DNA of 60,544 bases, taken from the NCBI GenBank assembly GCA_041178425.1, contig JBEGVH010000028.1, positions 1-60,544 of the forward strand. Direction: 5' to 3'. This DNA is from Pseudomonadota bacterium (GTDB taxonomy: Bacteria; Bdellovibrionota; Bdellovibrionia; Bdellovibrionales; Bdellovibrionaceae). Positions 27,559 through 36,545 of the stretch are shown here, piece after piece (position 1 is the stretch's first letter; each line of letters opens with the position of its first letter). The position numbers and the translations under genes were made by a program. Below the pieces are notes generated by a model, which ran no database searches, had not been told where the DNA came from, and saw nothing but the letters and a program-made list of their open reading frames with translations.

Positions 27559-29589
27559 CTAATAAGTGAATAACCGACATTCGATGGGAATCCGACTTCC
27601 TTTGGTTCTGTTCCCAGGAAGAGTCGTCATCTCCATTCGCAAAGCCCTCAATTCCGAAAGCTTCTGACGTGAATCGATGGAAGTGAGAGCTAAACTGATC
27701 TGTTTTTGCCTTAATTCCAAGTCCGCTCTTTTGGTGTCACTGATTGCCTTTGATTTCGCTAGAGCGACCATCGCTTCTGACGTCTTTTTCAGAATCTGTT
27801 GGCCCATCGTCTCGAGCCTCATTGTTGTCTCTTGAATATCCATAGTTAGATACCGTATTTCGTTCTTATCTTTCGCTTTTAAGGCCTCAGAAAGAAGTGC
27901 ATTGAGGCTTTCCTTCTTTTCAAACAGGTTTTCTTTATTAACGAGAAAAAACTGAAGCATATTATCAAAACGAGGGTTTCGACGTCCCTCTCGAAGCTTT
28001 TGCTCGGTGATCATCAAATGATCAACAATAGCCGCATCGACAGTTTCGAGTTGTTGTTCAATGGCAATGCTCGGATCCACCTGATTGTTAGCAGATACCA
28101 ATTTTGCCATATTTACTTCGGGAATCCGCTTGAACATTTCTAGCATTTCGACAGCACCATCTTCGAGAATCAAAAGACTAATAAACGGATTGGCAAAAAA
28201 GATATCCGGCAGTGGAGAAAAGTTCATTATCATATGGGTTCTCAACACCGGAACGGGGTGACTTCCCCCCATATAATAGGCACGTTCTTTTTCTGAAACG
28301 TTTTGATAGAATTCTTCAGCTTGCTTCAAGAGTGACTTCAATACCCCTTGCCGATTCTCATTCGCAAAAGCAATCCCCAGCAATTTACCCATGGAAGAAG
28401 CCAGATACTCATTTTTTGAAACCGAGCTACCAAAGCGATCGGCAGAACTTTCTTGTGCACGAGAGATAGCTTCATCCACCACACTCAAACCATCGGCGAG
28501 TTGTTTGGCATCGACTTTAATAAGACCCGCTTTTGGCAGTTGCTCGCTCAATTCCCTGAAAAACGCCACCGCATCTTCAGGAGCATTCATTTCGGCCAAG
28601 GCTCCCACCGTGAGATTAAGAAATCGCTGCAACAATTGCTCCCTCTCAGTTTCGGGAATTTTTAGAAAAACCTGAACGACGCCATTGACCAAAGAATTGA
28701 AAGCATTAATTCGACGATTTTTAAAGGTGTTACCCAACATAGAGTCCACATAATCCATCGTAATACGGGATTTTGTGCCGTTCTCACCGATCATACTGCC
28801 ATCGGAACAGAGCTTCGAAAAATTGACCAAGCCCCGTTCATTGGGCGCCGGAACAGTGATATCACCCTGGGTGAAGGTTCTGAGTACAAGAGTGAACATC
28901 GAGTCCAAAAGCATACCATTAACCGGATGACTCGCGCGGATGTGGCCGAGTTCGTGCCCTAAGACGGCTCGCACCTCGAACTCATCCATTTTTTCTAGCA
29001 AAGTGGAATGAACAACCACGATAATTTTATCTTGAGACCCACTCACCGTAAAAGCGTTAATACTTCCAGAGCCTTCCTTAATATAGATACGACGATTCGC
29101 GATGGCCTCAGGAGAGAAACCCAAATCTCTTGAGGTCTCCTCGACAAGATGATCAAGGCGATCATAAGTTTTCGTTACTCCTCTGGCGAGCCGATGCATG
29201 GTTACATCAGCATATCTTTCAAAATCTTGCAAAAAAGCTTCTTGGTTTTTTAAAATCGCACGATAGATTGACTCCAAGCGAGGATCGGAGAGAAAAAAAC
29301 TTCTTAAAGCTCGATCCACCGGATGAGTCAGACTGTTCAGCTGTTTATCTAAATAAATTCTATGGAGAATTGGATTTTCCATAAAACGACCCAACAGCAT
29401 CCGCGAACTCAAGGGATTTTCGGGAGACAACGTCAGAAAGTCTACTTTTGTTTCTGGAGCTTGATCATTGGCCCTGAGTAGCTTTGGCAATCCTTTTTGT
29501 GTTTCATTAGCGGCCTTAACAAGAATAGAGCCGAAACTGATTGTAAACACAGACGCCAAAAGAAGGCGGGCATTCGTCCATTGCATCAT
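27559..29589 (-). CDS. Secreted M48 family zinc metallopeptidase with long helical C-terminus
   Basis: Signal peptide; INAFT, AVLGHELGH (HExxH), QESSADR and SHP..R. Confidence 0.85.
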   Translation of the reverse strand: MMQWTNARLLLASVFTISFGSILVKAANETQKGLPKLLRANDQAPETKVDFLTLSPENPLSSRMLLGRFMENPILHRIYLDKQLNSLTHPVDRALRSFFLSDPRLESIYRAILKNQEAFLQDFERYADVTMHRLARGVTKTYDRLDHLVEETSRDLGFSPEAIANRRIYIKEGSGSINAFTVSGSQDKIIVVVHSTLLEKMDEFEVRAVLGHELGHIRASHPVNGMLLDSMFTLVLRTFTQGDITVPAPNERGLVNFSKLCSDGSMIGENGTKSRITMDYVDSMLGNTFKNRRINAFNSLVNGVVQVFLKIPETEREQLLQRFLNLTVGALAEMNAPEDAVAFFRELSEQLPKAGLIKVDAKQLADGLSVVDEAISRAQESSADRFGSSVSKNEYLASSMGKLLGIAFANENRQGVLKSLLKQAEEFYQNVSEKERAYYMGGSHPVPVLRTHMIMNFSPLPDIFFANPFISLLILEDGAVEMLEMFKRIPEVNMAKLVSANNQVDPSIAIEQQLETVDAAIVDHLMITEQKLREGRRNPRFDNMLQFFLVNKENLFEKKESLNALLSEALKAKDKNEIRYLTMDIQETTMRLETMGQQILKKTSEAMVALAKSKAISDTKRADLELRQKQISLALTSIDSRQKLSELRALRMEMTTLPGNRTKGSRIPIECRLFTY

Positions 29590-29854
29590 ATACCTCTTTA
29601 TAAAAAATAAGGGGGTTCATGCGTCGTTTCTGCAAATCCCAAGCTTTAAGTCTTAATCTCGAAATGCACTCATTTCATGAACTTGCGGACCAGCCATGCC
29701 AGATCGCCCTGTCGAACTTCAGTACGCGAGGCCCTTTTTTGCCGCCCCTGGATAACTTCGCCTCAGTAAAAACCTTTTCATAATTAAATTTGATATCTCA
29801 TTCGGAGAGCATTAATCTGTACGCATTGAAAGACCTCTAACCACCAAGGAACTT

Positions 29855-31114
29855 ATGAATCACTCGATTGAAATTGTCGGATCCATCCTTTTTTGTTTAG
29901 CCGTCCTACATACCTTTAGTGTTAAATATTTTCATAAACTCGGAGGGCGATTTCGCGAAGGCTCAGTGGGAGAAAATTTTTTTCATCTAATGAGTGAAGT
30001 TGAAGTGGTCTTCGGTCTTTGGTCTCTTTTCTTCTTTTTAGCCATTGCCTACCTTGAATCTTTCGCATCAGCGCAATCGTATTTAGATTCCCGTAATTTT
30101 ACTGAACCGCTCTTTGTTTTTGCCGTCATGGTCGTAGCTTCAACAAAGCCAGTCATTGATTTCGCAACCTCACTCATCGAACTTATTGCCAAAACAATCC
30201 CTCTCCCAAAATATCTATCCTTTTATGGAACCTGCCTTATTGTTGGACCCCTCCTAGGTAGCCTCATCACCGAGCCAGCGGCTATGACCGTGACCTCAAT
30301 GATTCTTCTTGAACGTGTTTACCAACAAAAAATGTCCGACCCATTCAAATATGCCACTCTAGGACTTCTCTTTGTGAATATTTCGATCGGTGGTACACTC
30401 ACCCACTTCGCGGCCCCTCCCGTGGTGATGGTGGCCAGCACCTGGGGATGGGACACACTGTTTATGTTGAATCACTTTGGTTGGAAGGCAGCCATCGCAG
30501 TGGTTCTATCTACGATTTTTGTGCTTGTAAAATTTAGTCGCGAACTCAAGGGCAACTCAGCAAAAACCATGTCAAAGCCAACCACCCCTATCGCAATGAG
30601 TCTTCTTCACATTGTTTTTTTAGCTCTGATTGTCATGACGTCTCATCATCCCAAGTTATTTATGAGCCTTCTCTTGTTCTTCTTAGGTTTTGCTACAGTG
30701 ACCAAAGAATACCAATCTCAACTCAAGATCCGTGAAGGCCTCCTTGTGGGATTTTTTTTGGGTGGGCTCGTTACGATTGGTGGTGCTCAGGTGTGGTGGG
30801 TGCAAAAAGTAATTATGCAACTCAACTCTTGGTCGCTCTACCTAGCTTCAACTGGGCTCACTGCCATTTTCGATAACGCCGCACTCACTTATCTTGGATC
30901 CTTAGTTCCGGGCATTAGTGATATGTCCAAATACGCCCTTGTTGCTGGAGCGGTTGTCGGAGGCGGTCTCACTGTGATTGCCAACGCACCCAACCCTATT
31001 GGGTATGGAATTCTCAACTCACGCTTTGGCAAAGATGGAATCAATCCACTTCTCCTATTAAAGGCTGGGCTAGTGCCTACTTTAATTGCTGCTGCCTGTT
31101 TTTGGTTTTTGTAG
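29855..31114 (+). CDS. Putative Na+/H+ antiporter (DUF1504-like)
   Basis: Polytopic membrane protein with EVEVVFGLW, TEPAAMT, NISIGGTLTHFAAPPV, DNAALTYL and GGGLTVIANAPNP. Confidence 0.8.
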   Translation: MNHSIEIVGSILFCLAVLHTFSVKYFHKLGGRFREGSVGENFFHLMSEVEVVFGLWSLFFFLAIAYLESFASAQSYLDSRNFTEPLFVFAVMVVASTKPVIDFATSLIELIAKTIPLPKYLSFYGTCLIVGPLLGSLITEPAAMTVTSMILLERVYQQKMSDPFKYATLGLLFVNISIGGTLTHFAAPPVVMVASTWGWDTLFMLNHFGWKAAIAVVLSTIFVLVKFSRELKGNSAKTMSKPTTPIAMSLLHIVFLALIVMTSHHPKLFMSLLLFFLGFATVTKEYQSQLKIREGLLVGFFLGGLVTIGGAQVWWVQKVIMQLNSWSLYLASTGLTAIFDNAALTYLGSLVPGISDMSKYALVAGAVVGGGLTVIANAPNPIGYGILNSRFGKDGINPLLLLKAGLVPTLIAAACFWFL

Positions 31115-31301
31115 ACAGAGAGCTTTTGCTGAAGTCGTGCCAAAACCTGACTTACATCGATTCTGATGAGGCAATTCTACCCTAAACAATTTAGTTTGAT
31201 GGTTTTTCTAAACATCAACGACCGCTCTGTTGTAAGATATCGAAGTAGTCGAAAAGCGAATACATAGATCCATCGCGAAAATTGAACGGAGATCAAAGGA
31301 C

Positions 31302-33128
31302 ATGACCATTTTGGAAGCGAGAGAACTCCCGTTTTATATAAAAGAACTTGTCTCTCATTATAAGAATAACAAAACTCAACTCCTCGCCATCTTGAGAGAG
31401 CTTCAAAGAAAGTATCGTCACATTCCGCGAGAGGCCATCGGTATACTTGCGGAAGAACTCGATGAATCTCCAGTTCATATCGAGGGCACAGCGAGTTTTT
31501 ATCATTTTTTTTCTTTCGAACCGCGAGGCACCTACACCATTTATTTAAATAATAGCGCCACATCTGAGATGTGCGGCTTTGAAAATGTAAAGAAAGCCTT
31601 CGAGGAACACGCAGGAACACCTTTCGGAACAACCTCCAAAGACGGACAGTTTGGTCTCTTTACCACCTCGTGCATTGGTATGTGCGACCAAGAGCCCGCC
31701 GCAATGATCAACGAAGTCATCTTCACTCAACTCACTCCTGATAAAGTAAAGACCCTCGTTGAAGGAATGAAAAAAAATCTACCGATTCAGACTCTCATTA
31801 CAACTCATGGCGATGGCCAAAATGCCAACGCCGAAATTCAAGCAGAAGTCAGAAACAATATTCAGTTGAAGGGGCCCGTGTTTTTTGACTCGCACACACC
31901 GGGCTCCAGCCTTAAAGCCGCCATGGAGTTAGGATCCCTCGAAGTGATCGAAAGGGTTCGCAAGTCGGGACTCCGAGGCCGCGGAGGCGCTGGCTTTCCA
32001 ACGGGCCAAAAATGGGGTTTCTGTCGCGCCACGGATTCCGATACCCGCTATGTTCTATGCAATGTCGACGAGGGAGAGCCTGGCACGTTCAAGGATCGCG
32101 TTCTTCTCACAGAGATGCCACAGTTGATTTTTGAGGGAATGACAGTTGCTGGCTACGCGATCGAAGCTAAGGAAGGACTCCTATATCTGCGTGGAGAGTA
32201 TGCCTACCTCAAACCATACCTCGAAAAACAACTCGAAATCATGCGTCACCAAAATTTATTGGGACGACGAATTCTCGGCACTCGTTTCAGTTTTGATATT
32301 CAAATCAAAGTTGGCGCGGGCGCTTATATCTGCGGTGAAGAGTCTGCGCTGATCGAGTCAGCCGAAGGAAAACGTGGCCAACCACGCAATCGTCCACCGT
32401 TTCCGGTTGTTTCAGGGTATTTGCATAAACCCACCATCGTTAATAATCCTGAAACCTACGGATGCGCCGCCAAGATTGTTCTCCATGGTGCCGAATGGTT
32501 TCGTAAAATGGGAACACCAGCCTCTGCTGGAGTAAAACTACTCAGTATCGCCGGCGACTGTGCTCGACCAGGTATTTACGAAGTTGAGTGGGGAAAATCA
32601 GTCCAAGAAATTCTTGATCTCTGTGGAGCCTCGAATGTACTCGCCGTCCAAGTGGGTGGGCCCTCAGGAGTACTCCTCTCGGAAAAACAAATTCACCGTA
32701 AAATCTGTTATTCAGATGTAGGTACTGGAGGCGCTTTCACAATTTTCAGTAAAAAAAGGGATCTTTTTTCTATACTTCACAATCACATGGAGTTCTTTAC
32801 AAAAGAAACCTGTGGCTTCTGCGTGCCTTGCCGAGCCGGAAACACATTACTGTTAAAGCAACTTGAAAAAATTATGGTAGGTAACGGAACCCAAAAAGAC
32901 ATCGAAGACATTAAACACTTGGGCCATTTAGTGAAAACAGCGTCACGATGTGGATTGGGGCAAACATCCCCTAATCCATTGCTTACGAGCATCGAAAATT
33001 TTAGAGATTATTTTTTGAGTAAAGTTCGCCCTGAGACTGATTATAATTCTCAATTTAATTTAGAATTTGCGGTTCAAGAGTCTTGTGAGGCCGCTCATCG
33101 ACGCCCTAACTTGGAACACGAAGATTAG
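31302..33128 (+). CDS. hoxF: NAD-reducing [NiFe]-hydrogenase diaphorase subunit HoxF (NuoE-like plus NuoF-like)
   Basis: GLRGRGGAGFPTG, DEGEPGTFKDR, GAGAYICGEESAL and CGFCVPCR...SRCGLG; N-terminal NuoE-like ASFYHFF; heads the hoxUYH cluster. Confidence 0.93.
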   Translation: MTILEARELPFYIKELVSHYKNNKTQLLAILRELQRKYRHIPREAIGILAEELDESPVHIEGTASFYHFFSFEPRGTYTIYLNNSATSEMCGFENVKKAFEEHAGTPFGTTSKDGQFGLFTTSCIGMCDQEPAAMINEVIFTQLTPDKVKTLVEGMKKNLPIQTLITTHGDGQNANAEIQAEVRNNIQLKGPVFFDSHTPGSSLKAAMELGSLEVIERVRKSGLRGRGGAGFPTGQKWGFCRATDSDTRYVLCNVDEGEPGTFKDRVLLTEMPQLIFEGMTVAGYAIEAKEGLLYLRGEYAYLKPYLEKQLEIMRHQNLLGRRILGTRFSFDIQIKVGAGAYICGEESALIESAEGKRGQPRNRPPFPVVSGYLHKPTIVNNPETYGCAAKIVLHGAEWFRKMGTPASAGVKLLSIAGDCARPGIYEVEWGKSVQEILDLCGASNVLAVQVGGPSGVLLSEKQIHRKICYSDVGTGGAFTIFSKKRDLFSILHNHMEFFTKETCGFCVPCRAGNTLLLKQLEKIMVGNGTQKDIEDIKHLGHLVKTASRCGLGQTSPNPLLTSIENFRDYFLSKVRPETDYNSQFNLEFAVQESCEAAHRRPNLEHED

Positions 33129-33143
33129 AGAAGGACCATCGTT

Positions 33144-33857
33144 ATGGAACACGGACACATTAAAGTCACTATTGATGGCAAAGACATTCTCGCAAAAGAG
33201 GGACAATCCATTGTGCAGGCAGCTCGCGACAATGGAATTTACGTTCCCACTCTCTGTGATTTCAAAAGCCTCCAACCTGCGGGCACTTGCAGGGTTTGTA
33301 CTGTGAAAGTGGGAGGCCGCTTCGTTTCTGGTTGTACCACTCAAGTCAGCTATGGAATGGTGGTTGAAAACGAATCTTCCGAGCTCATCGATTTGCGCAA
33401 ATCACTCATTGAAATGCTTTTTGTTGAGGGCAACCACATGTGCCCGAGTTGTGAAAAATCAGGCAATTGTGAACTTCAAGCTCTCGCTTACCGCTACCGC
33501 ATGACCGCGCCTCGATTTCCATTTTCATTTACTCAGCGGAAACTCGACGCCTCGCTACCGCACCTTGTTCTAGAGCACAATCGATGTATCCAGTGCCTCC
33601 GCTGTGTTCGAGGGGTAAAAGCTAAAGATGGCCATGATCTTTTTGGATTCACAGACCGTGGCGGAAATATCCAAATCACCATCGACTCAACTGATCCAGA
33701 ATCCGCCTCAGAATCGACCGCACAAAAAGCAATGGATATTTGCCCCGTGGGAGCTTTGATAAAAAAAGGCTCGGCCTATAAAGTTCCCATTGGCGAGCGT
33801 AAATACGACAATGAACCGATTGGCTCCGATATTGAAAAGCAAGGAGAACATTCATGA
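33144..33857 (+). CDS. hoxU: Diaphorase Fe-S subunit HoxU
   Basis: PTLC...GTCRVC...GC [2Fe-2S], HMCPSCEKSGNC His-ligated cluster, and CIQCLRC...CPVGAL. Confidence 0.93.
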   Translation: MEHGHIKVTIDGKDILAKEGQSIVQAARDNGIYVPTLCDFKSLQPAGTCRVCTVKVGGRFVSGCTTQVSYGMVVENESSELIDLRKSLIEMLFVEGNHMCPSCEKSGNCELQALAYRYRMTAPRFPFSFTQRKLDASLPHLVLEHNRCIQCLRCVRGVKAKDGHDLFGFTDRGGNIQITIDSTDPESASESTAQKAMDICPVGALIKKGSAYKVPIGERKYDNEPIGSDIEKQGEHS

Positions 33858-34402
33858 GTAAGAAAAAACTCGTTATGGCCACCACATCTCTCGCTGGATG
33901 CTTTGGGTGCCATATGGCGTTTCTCGACATTGACGAGCGGATTCTCGATCTCGTTGAATTAGTCGAATTCAACAAGTCGCCCATCGATGATATCAAAACC
34001 TTTACCAAAGACGTCGACGTGGGAATTATCGAAGGAGGCTGTTGTAACAGCGAAAATGTTCGTGTTCTTCGCGAATTTCGCAAACACTGCAAAATTTTAA
34101 TTTCGATGGGCCAATGTGCAATCACAGGTGGACTGCCCGCCATGCGAAATGGCATTCCACTCAAAGAATTATTTGCCGAGGCTTATGAAGATGGTCCAAC
34201 GGTAGACAATAAATTGATACCCAACGATGACGAAATACCGATGCTTCTCGATCGTGTTTACCCTTGCCATGAAATTGTTAAAATTGATGCTTTCTTACCA
34301 GGGTGTGCACCCCGCGGAGACTTAATTTGGGAAGCTCTCACTGCCATTATAGAAGGTAAAAGCCTCGATCATCTTTCGTACGAAAATTTTAAATACGACT
34401 AA
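33854..34402 (+). CDS. hoxY: [NiFe]-hydrogenase small subunit HoxY (single proximal cluster)
   Basis: SLAGCFGCHM, IEGG, GQCAITGG and PGCAP; no Tat signal. Confidence 0.93.
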   Translation: MSKKKLVMATTSLAGCFGCHMAFLDIDERILDLVELVEFNKSPIDDIKTFTKDVDVGIIEGGCCNSENVRVLREFRKHCKILISMGQCAITGGLPAMRNGIPLKELFAEAYEDGPTVDNKLIPNDDEIPMLLDRVYPCHEIVKIDAFLPGCAPRGDLIWEALTAIIEGKSLDHLSYENFKYD

Positions 34403-34414
34403 GGAACAATTATT

Positions 34415-35881
34415 ATGTCACGCAAAATCACTATCGATCCAGTCACTCGAGTTGAAGGTCATGGAAAAGTAACCATTAAACTCGATGAACAAAACAATGT
34501 CCTTGAATCGCGACTTCATATTGTTGAATTTCGCGGTTTCGAGCGTTTTGTGCAAGGTCGGCCCTATTGGGAGGCGGCGGTGCTCGTACAACGACTCTGC
34601 GGCATCTGCCCCGTCAGCCATCATCTTTGCGCTGCGAAAGCGATGGACTACATCGTTGGAGTACCCTCTCACACGCTCTCACCCACGGGCGATAAAATGC
34701 GTCGCCTCATGCACTACGGACAGGTTTTTCAGTCGCACGTTCTGCACTTTTTTCATCTCGCTTCGCCAGATATGCTCTTTGGTGCCGATGCCGACCCCAT
34801 TCAGAGAAATATCATCGGAGTCATCAACTCTTTTCCTGAATTGGCAAAAAAAGCCGTGCTCATGCGAAAGTTTGGCCAAGAAATTATTAAGGCCACGGCC
34901 GGTAAAAAGATTCACGGCACGGGAGCCATTCCCGGAGGAATTAATCGACACCTCACAAAAGAAGAGCAGACCCATTTTCTAGCTGGAACCCCTGAATTCA
35001 ATGCTGACATCATGGTCGACTGGGCTCTCGAGGGCTTAGAACTTTTCAAAGACTACCACGGCAAAAACAGATCCCTCGTCGACAGCTTCGCCGATTTTGA
35101 ATCAAACTATTTGAGTTTAGTAAGAGCCGATGGCGCTTTAGATCTTTATCATGGCGGCCTTCGCGCGGTCGACCACCAAGGCAATAAGATTTTTGATCAT
35201 GTCGACTATCAGAATTATCGCGATTATATCACCGAAGAGGTTCGTAGCTGGACCTATATGAAATTTCCGTACATCAAATCTCTCGGTAAAGAAAAAGGCT
35301 GGTATCGCGTTGGGCCGCTTGGGCGAATGAACACCATTGATTTTATTCCAACTCCCCTGGCACAAAAAGAGTTTGAACTATACAAAGCCTATACCCACGG
35401 AAAACCCAACGGCAAATCCATGCATATGCACTGGGCCCGCTTGATCGAGATTCTCCATTCGGCCGAAATGATGAGAGATCTTCTAAAAGACCCCGATTTA
35501 TTTTCGGGAGAATTGGTTAAAAAAGGCACTCATACCGGCGAAGGTGTTGGGGTGATAGAAGCTCCGCGTGGAACACTTTTTCACCATTACAAGGTCGACG
35601 ATCAAGATTTGATAACAATGTGTAACCTTATCGTATCAACGACGAGCAATAACGAAGGCATGAATCGGGCTGTCAACTGGGTGGCGAAAAACATTATCAG
35701 TGGAAGCAAAGAAATTCCCGAAGGCATGCTCAATCAGGTGGAAATCGCCATCCGTGCCTACGACCCTTGTTTGAGTTGCGCCACTCACGCCGTGGGACAA
35801 ATGCCACTCGTTGTAAACCTTGTTGACCACGATGAAAAATTACTCGATCAAAAAGTGAAGAATGCCACCGAAACAAAATAA
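34415..35881 (+). CDS. hoxH: Group 3d [NiFe]-hydrogenase large subunit HoxH
   Basis: TRVEGHGK, EFRGFE, L1 motif RLCGICPVSH, EAPRGTL, L2 motif AYDPCLSCATH, followed by a 30-aa cleavable tail. Confidence 0.95.
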   Translation: MSRKITIDPVTRVEGHGKVTIKLDEQNNVLESRLHIVEFRGFERFVQGRPYWEAAVLVQRLCGICPVSHHLCAAKAMDYIVGVPSHTLSPTGDKMRRLMHYGQVFQSHVLHFFHLASPDMLFGADADPIQRNIIGVINSFPELAKKAVLMRKFGQEIIKATAGKKIHGTGAIPGGINRHLTKEEQTHFLAGTPEFNADIMVDWALEGLELFKDYHGKNRSLVDSFADFESNYLSLVRADGALDLYHGGLRAVDHQGNKIFDHVDYQNYRDYITEEVRSWTYMKFPYIKSLGKEKGWYRVGPLGRMNTIDFIPTPLAQKEFELYKAYTHGKPNGKSMHMHWARLIEILHSAEMMRDLLKDPDLFSGELVKKGTHTGEGVGVIEAPRGTLFHHYKVDDQDLITMCNLIVSTTSNNEGMNRAVNWVAKNIISGSKEIPEGMLNQVEIAIRAYDPCLSCATHAVGQMPLVVNLVDHDEKLLDQKVKNATETK

Positions 35882-35906
35882 ATGAGAACCCTATAAATCG
35901 GAAGCT

Positions 35907-36410
35907 ATGACCGAGAAATTAAAAAACATCATTCGTACAATCCAAGATATTCGTCCTCTTCCTGAGAGGGGACGTCTTCTTATTTATGGAATCGGTAACA
36001 TCGGCCGCGAAGACGACGGGTTAGGCATTCGCCTCATTGAAAAATTAGAATCACTCTCGCTGTCTCCTTACATTGAACTGGAATCGAACTACCAACTCAA
36101 TGTTGAAGATGCGTTCGATATTTCACGAGTCGATGGTGTCATTTTTGTGGATGCAACCATCGAGTCAAATGCGCAAGCTCCTTTTCAAATAAGAGAAATT
36201 GAGGCCGCTAATGAAATCGCTTTTTCTACCCACGCAATGGGGATGGATGCCGTTCTCGCCCTGTGCGACCAACTCTACAACAGACGTCCTCTTGCTTTTG
36301 TTTTAACGCTTCCCGGATACCAATGGTCGATTGCTGATCAACTCTCACCCCTTGCCAATGACAATCTCGAGCAAACCTTCGAAACTCTTTCAAACCTCTT
36401 AAAATATTAG
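35907..36410 (+). CDS. hoxW: Hydrogenase maturation endopeptidase (HoxW-like)
   Basis: GIGNIGREDDGLG, IFVDA and STH motifs; directly follows hoxH. Confidence 0.88.
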   Translation: MTEKLKNIIRTIQDIRPLPERGRLLIYGIGNIGREDDGLGIRLIEKLESLSLSPYIELESNYQLNVEDAFDISRVDGVIFVDATIESNAQAPFQIREIEAANEIAFSTHAMGMDAVLALCDQLYNRRPLAFVLTLPGYQWSIADQLSPLANDNLEQTFETLSNLLKY

Positions 36411-36545
36411 AACACCGCCAAAATAGATCCCCTTTTGGCAAAAAACCTCCTTGCCATTTTTAAGACCTCCGACTACTTGAATTTGAAGTCCAAAAAATAT
36501 GAGACTTAACCTCTCGTTTTTGCCGGCCAATAAGGAGAAACCTCC

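Noticed and set aside
31126..31143. Sigma54 promoter for hox (TGGCACGACTTCAGC)
   Set aside because: It is on the minus strand, pointing away from hoxF, and the -12 element is imperfect.
31302..33857. Complex I nuoEFG or a formate dehydrogenase module
   Set aside because: Followed directly by [NiFe] small and large subunits and a maturation protease; HoxU is short with no molybdopterin domain.
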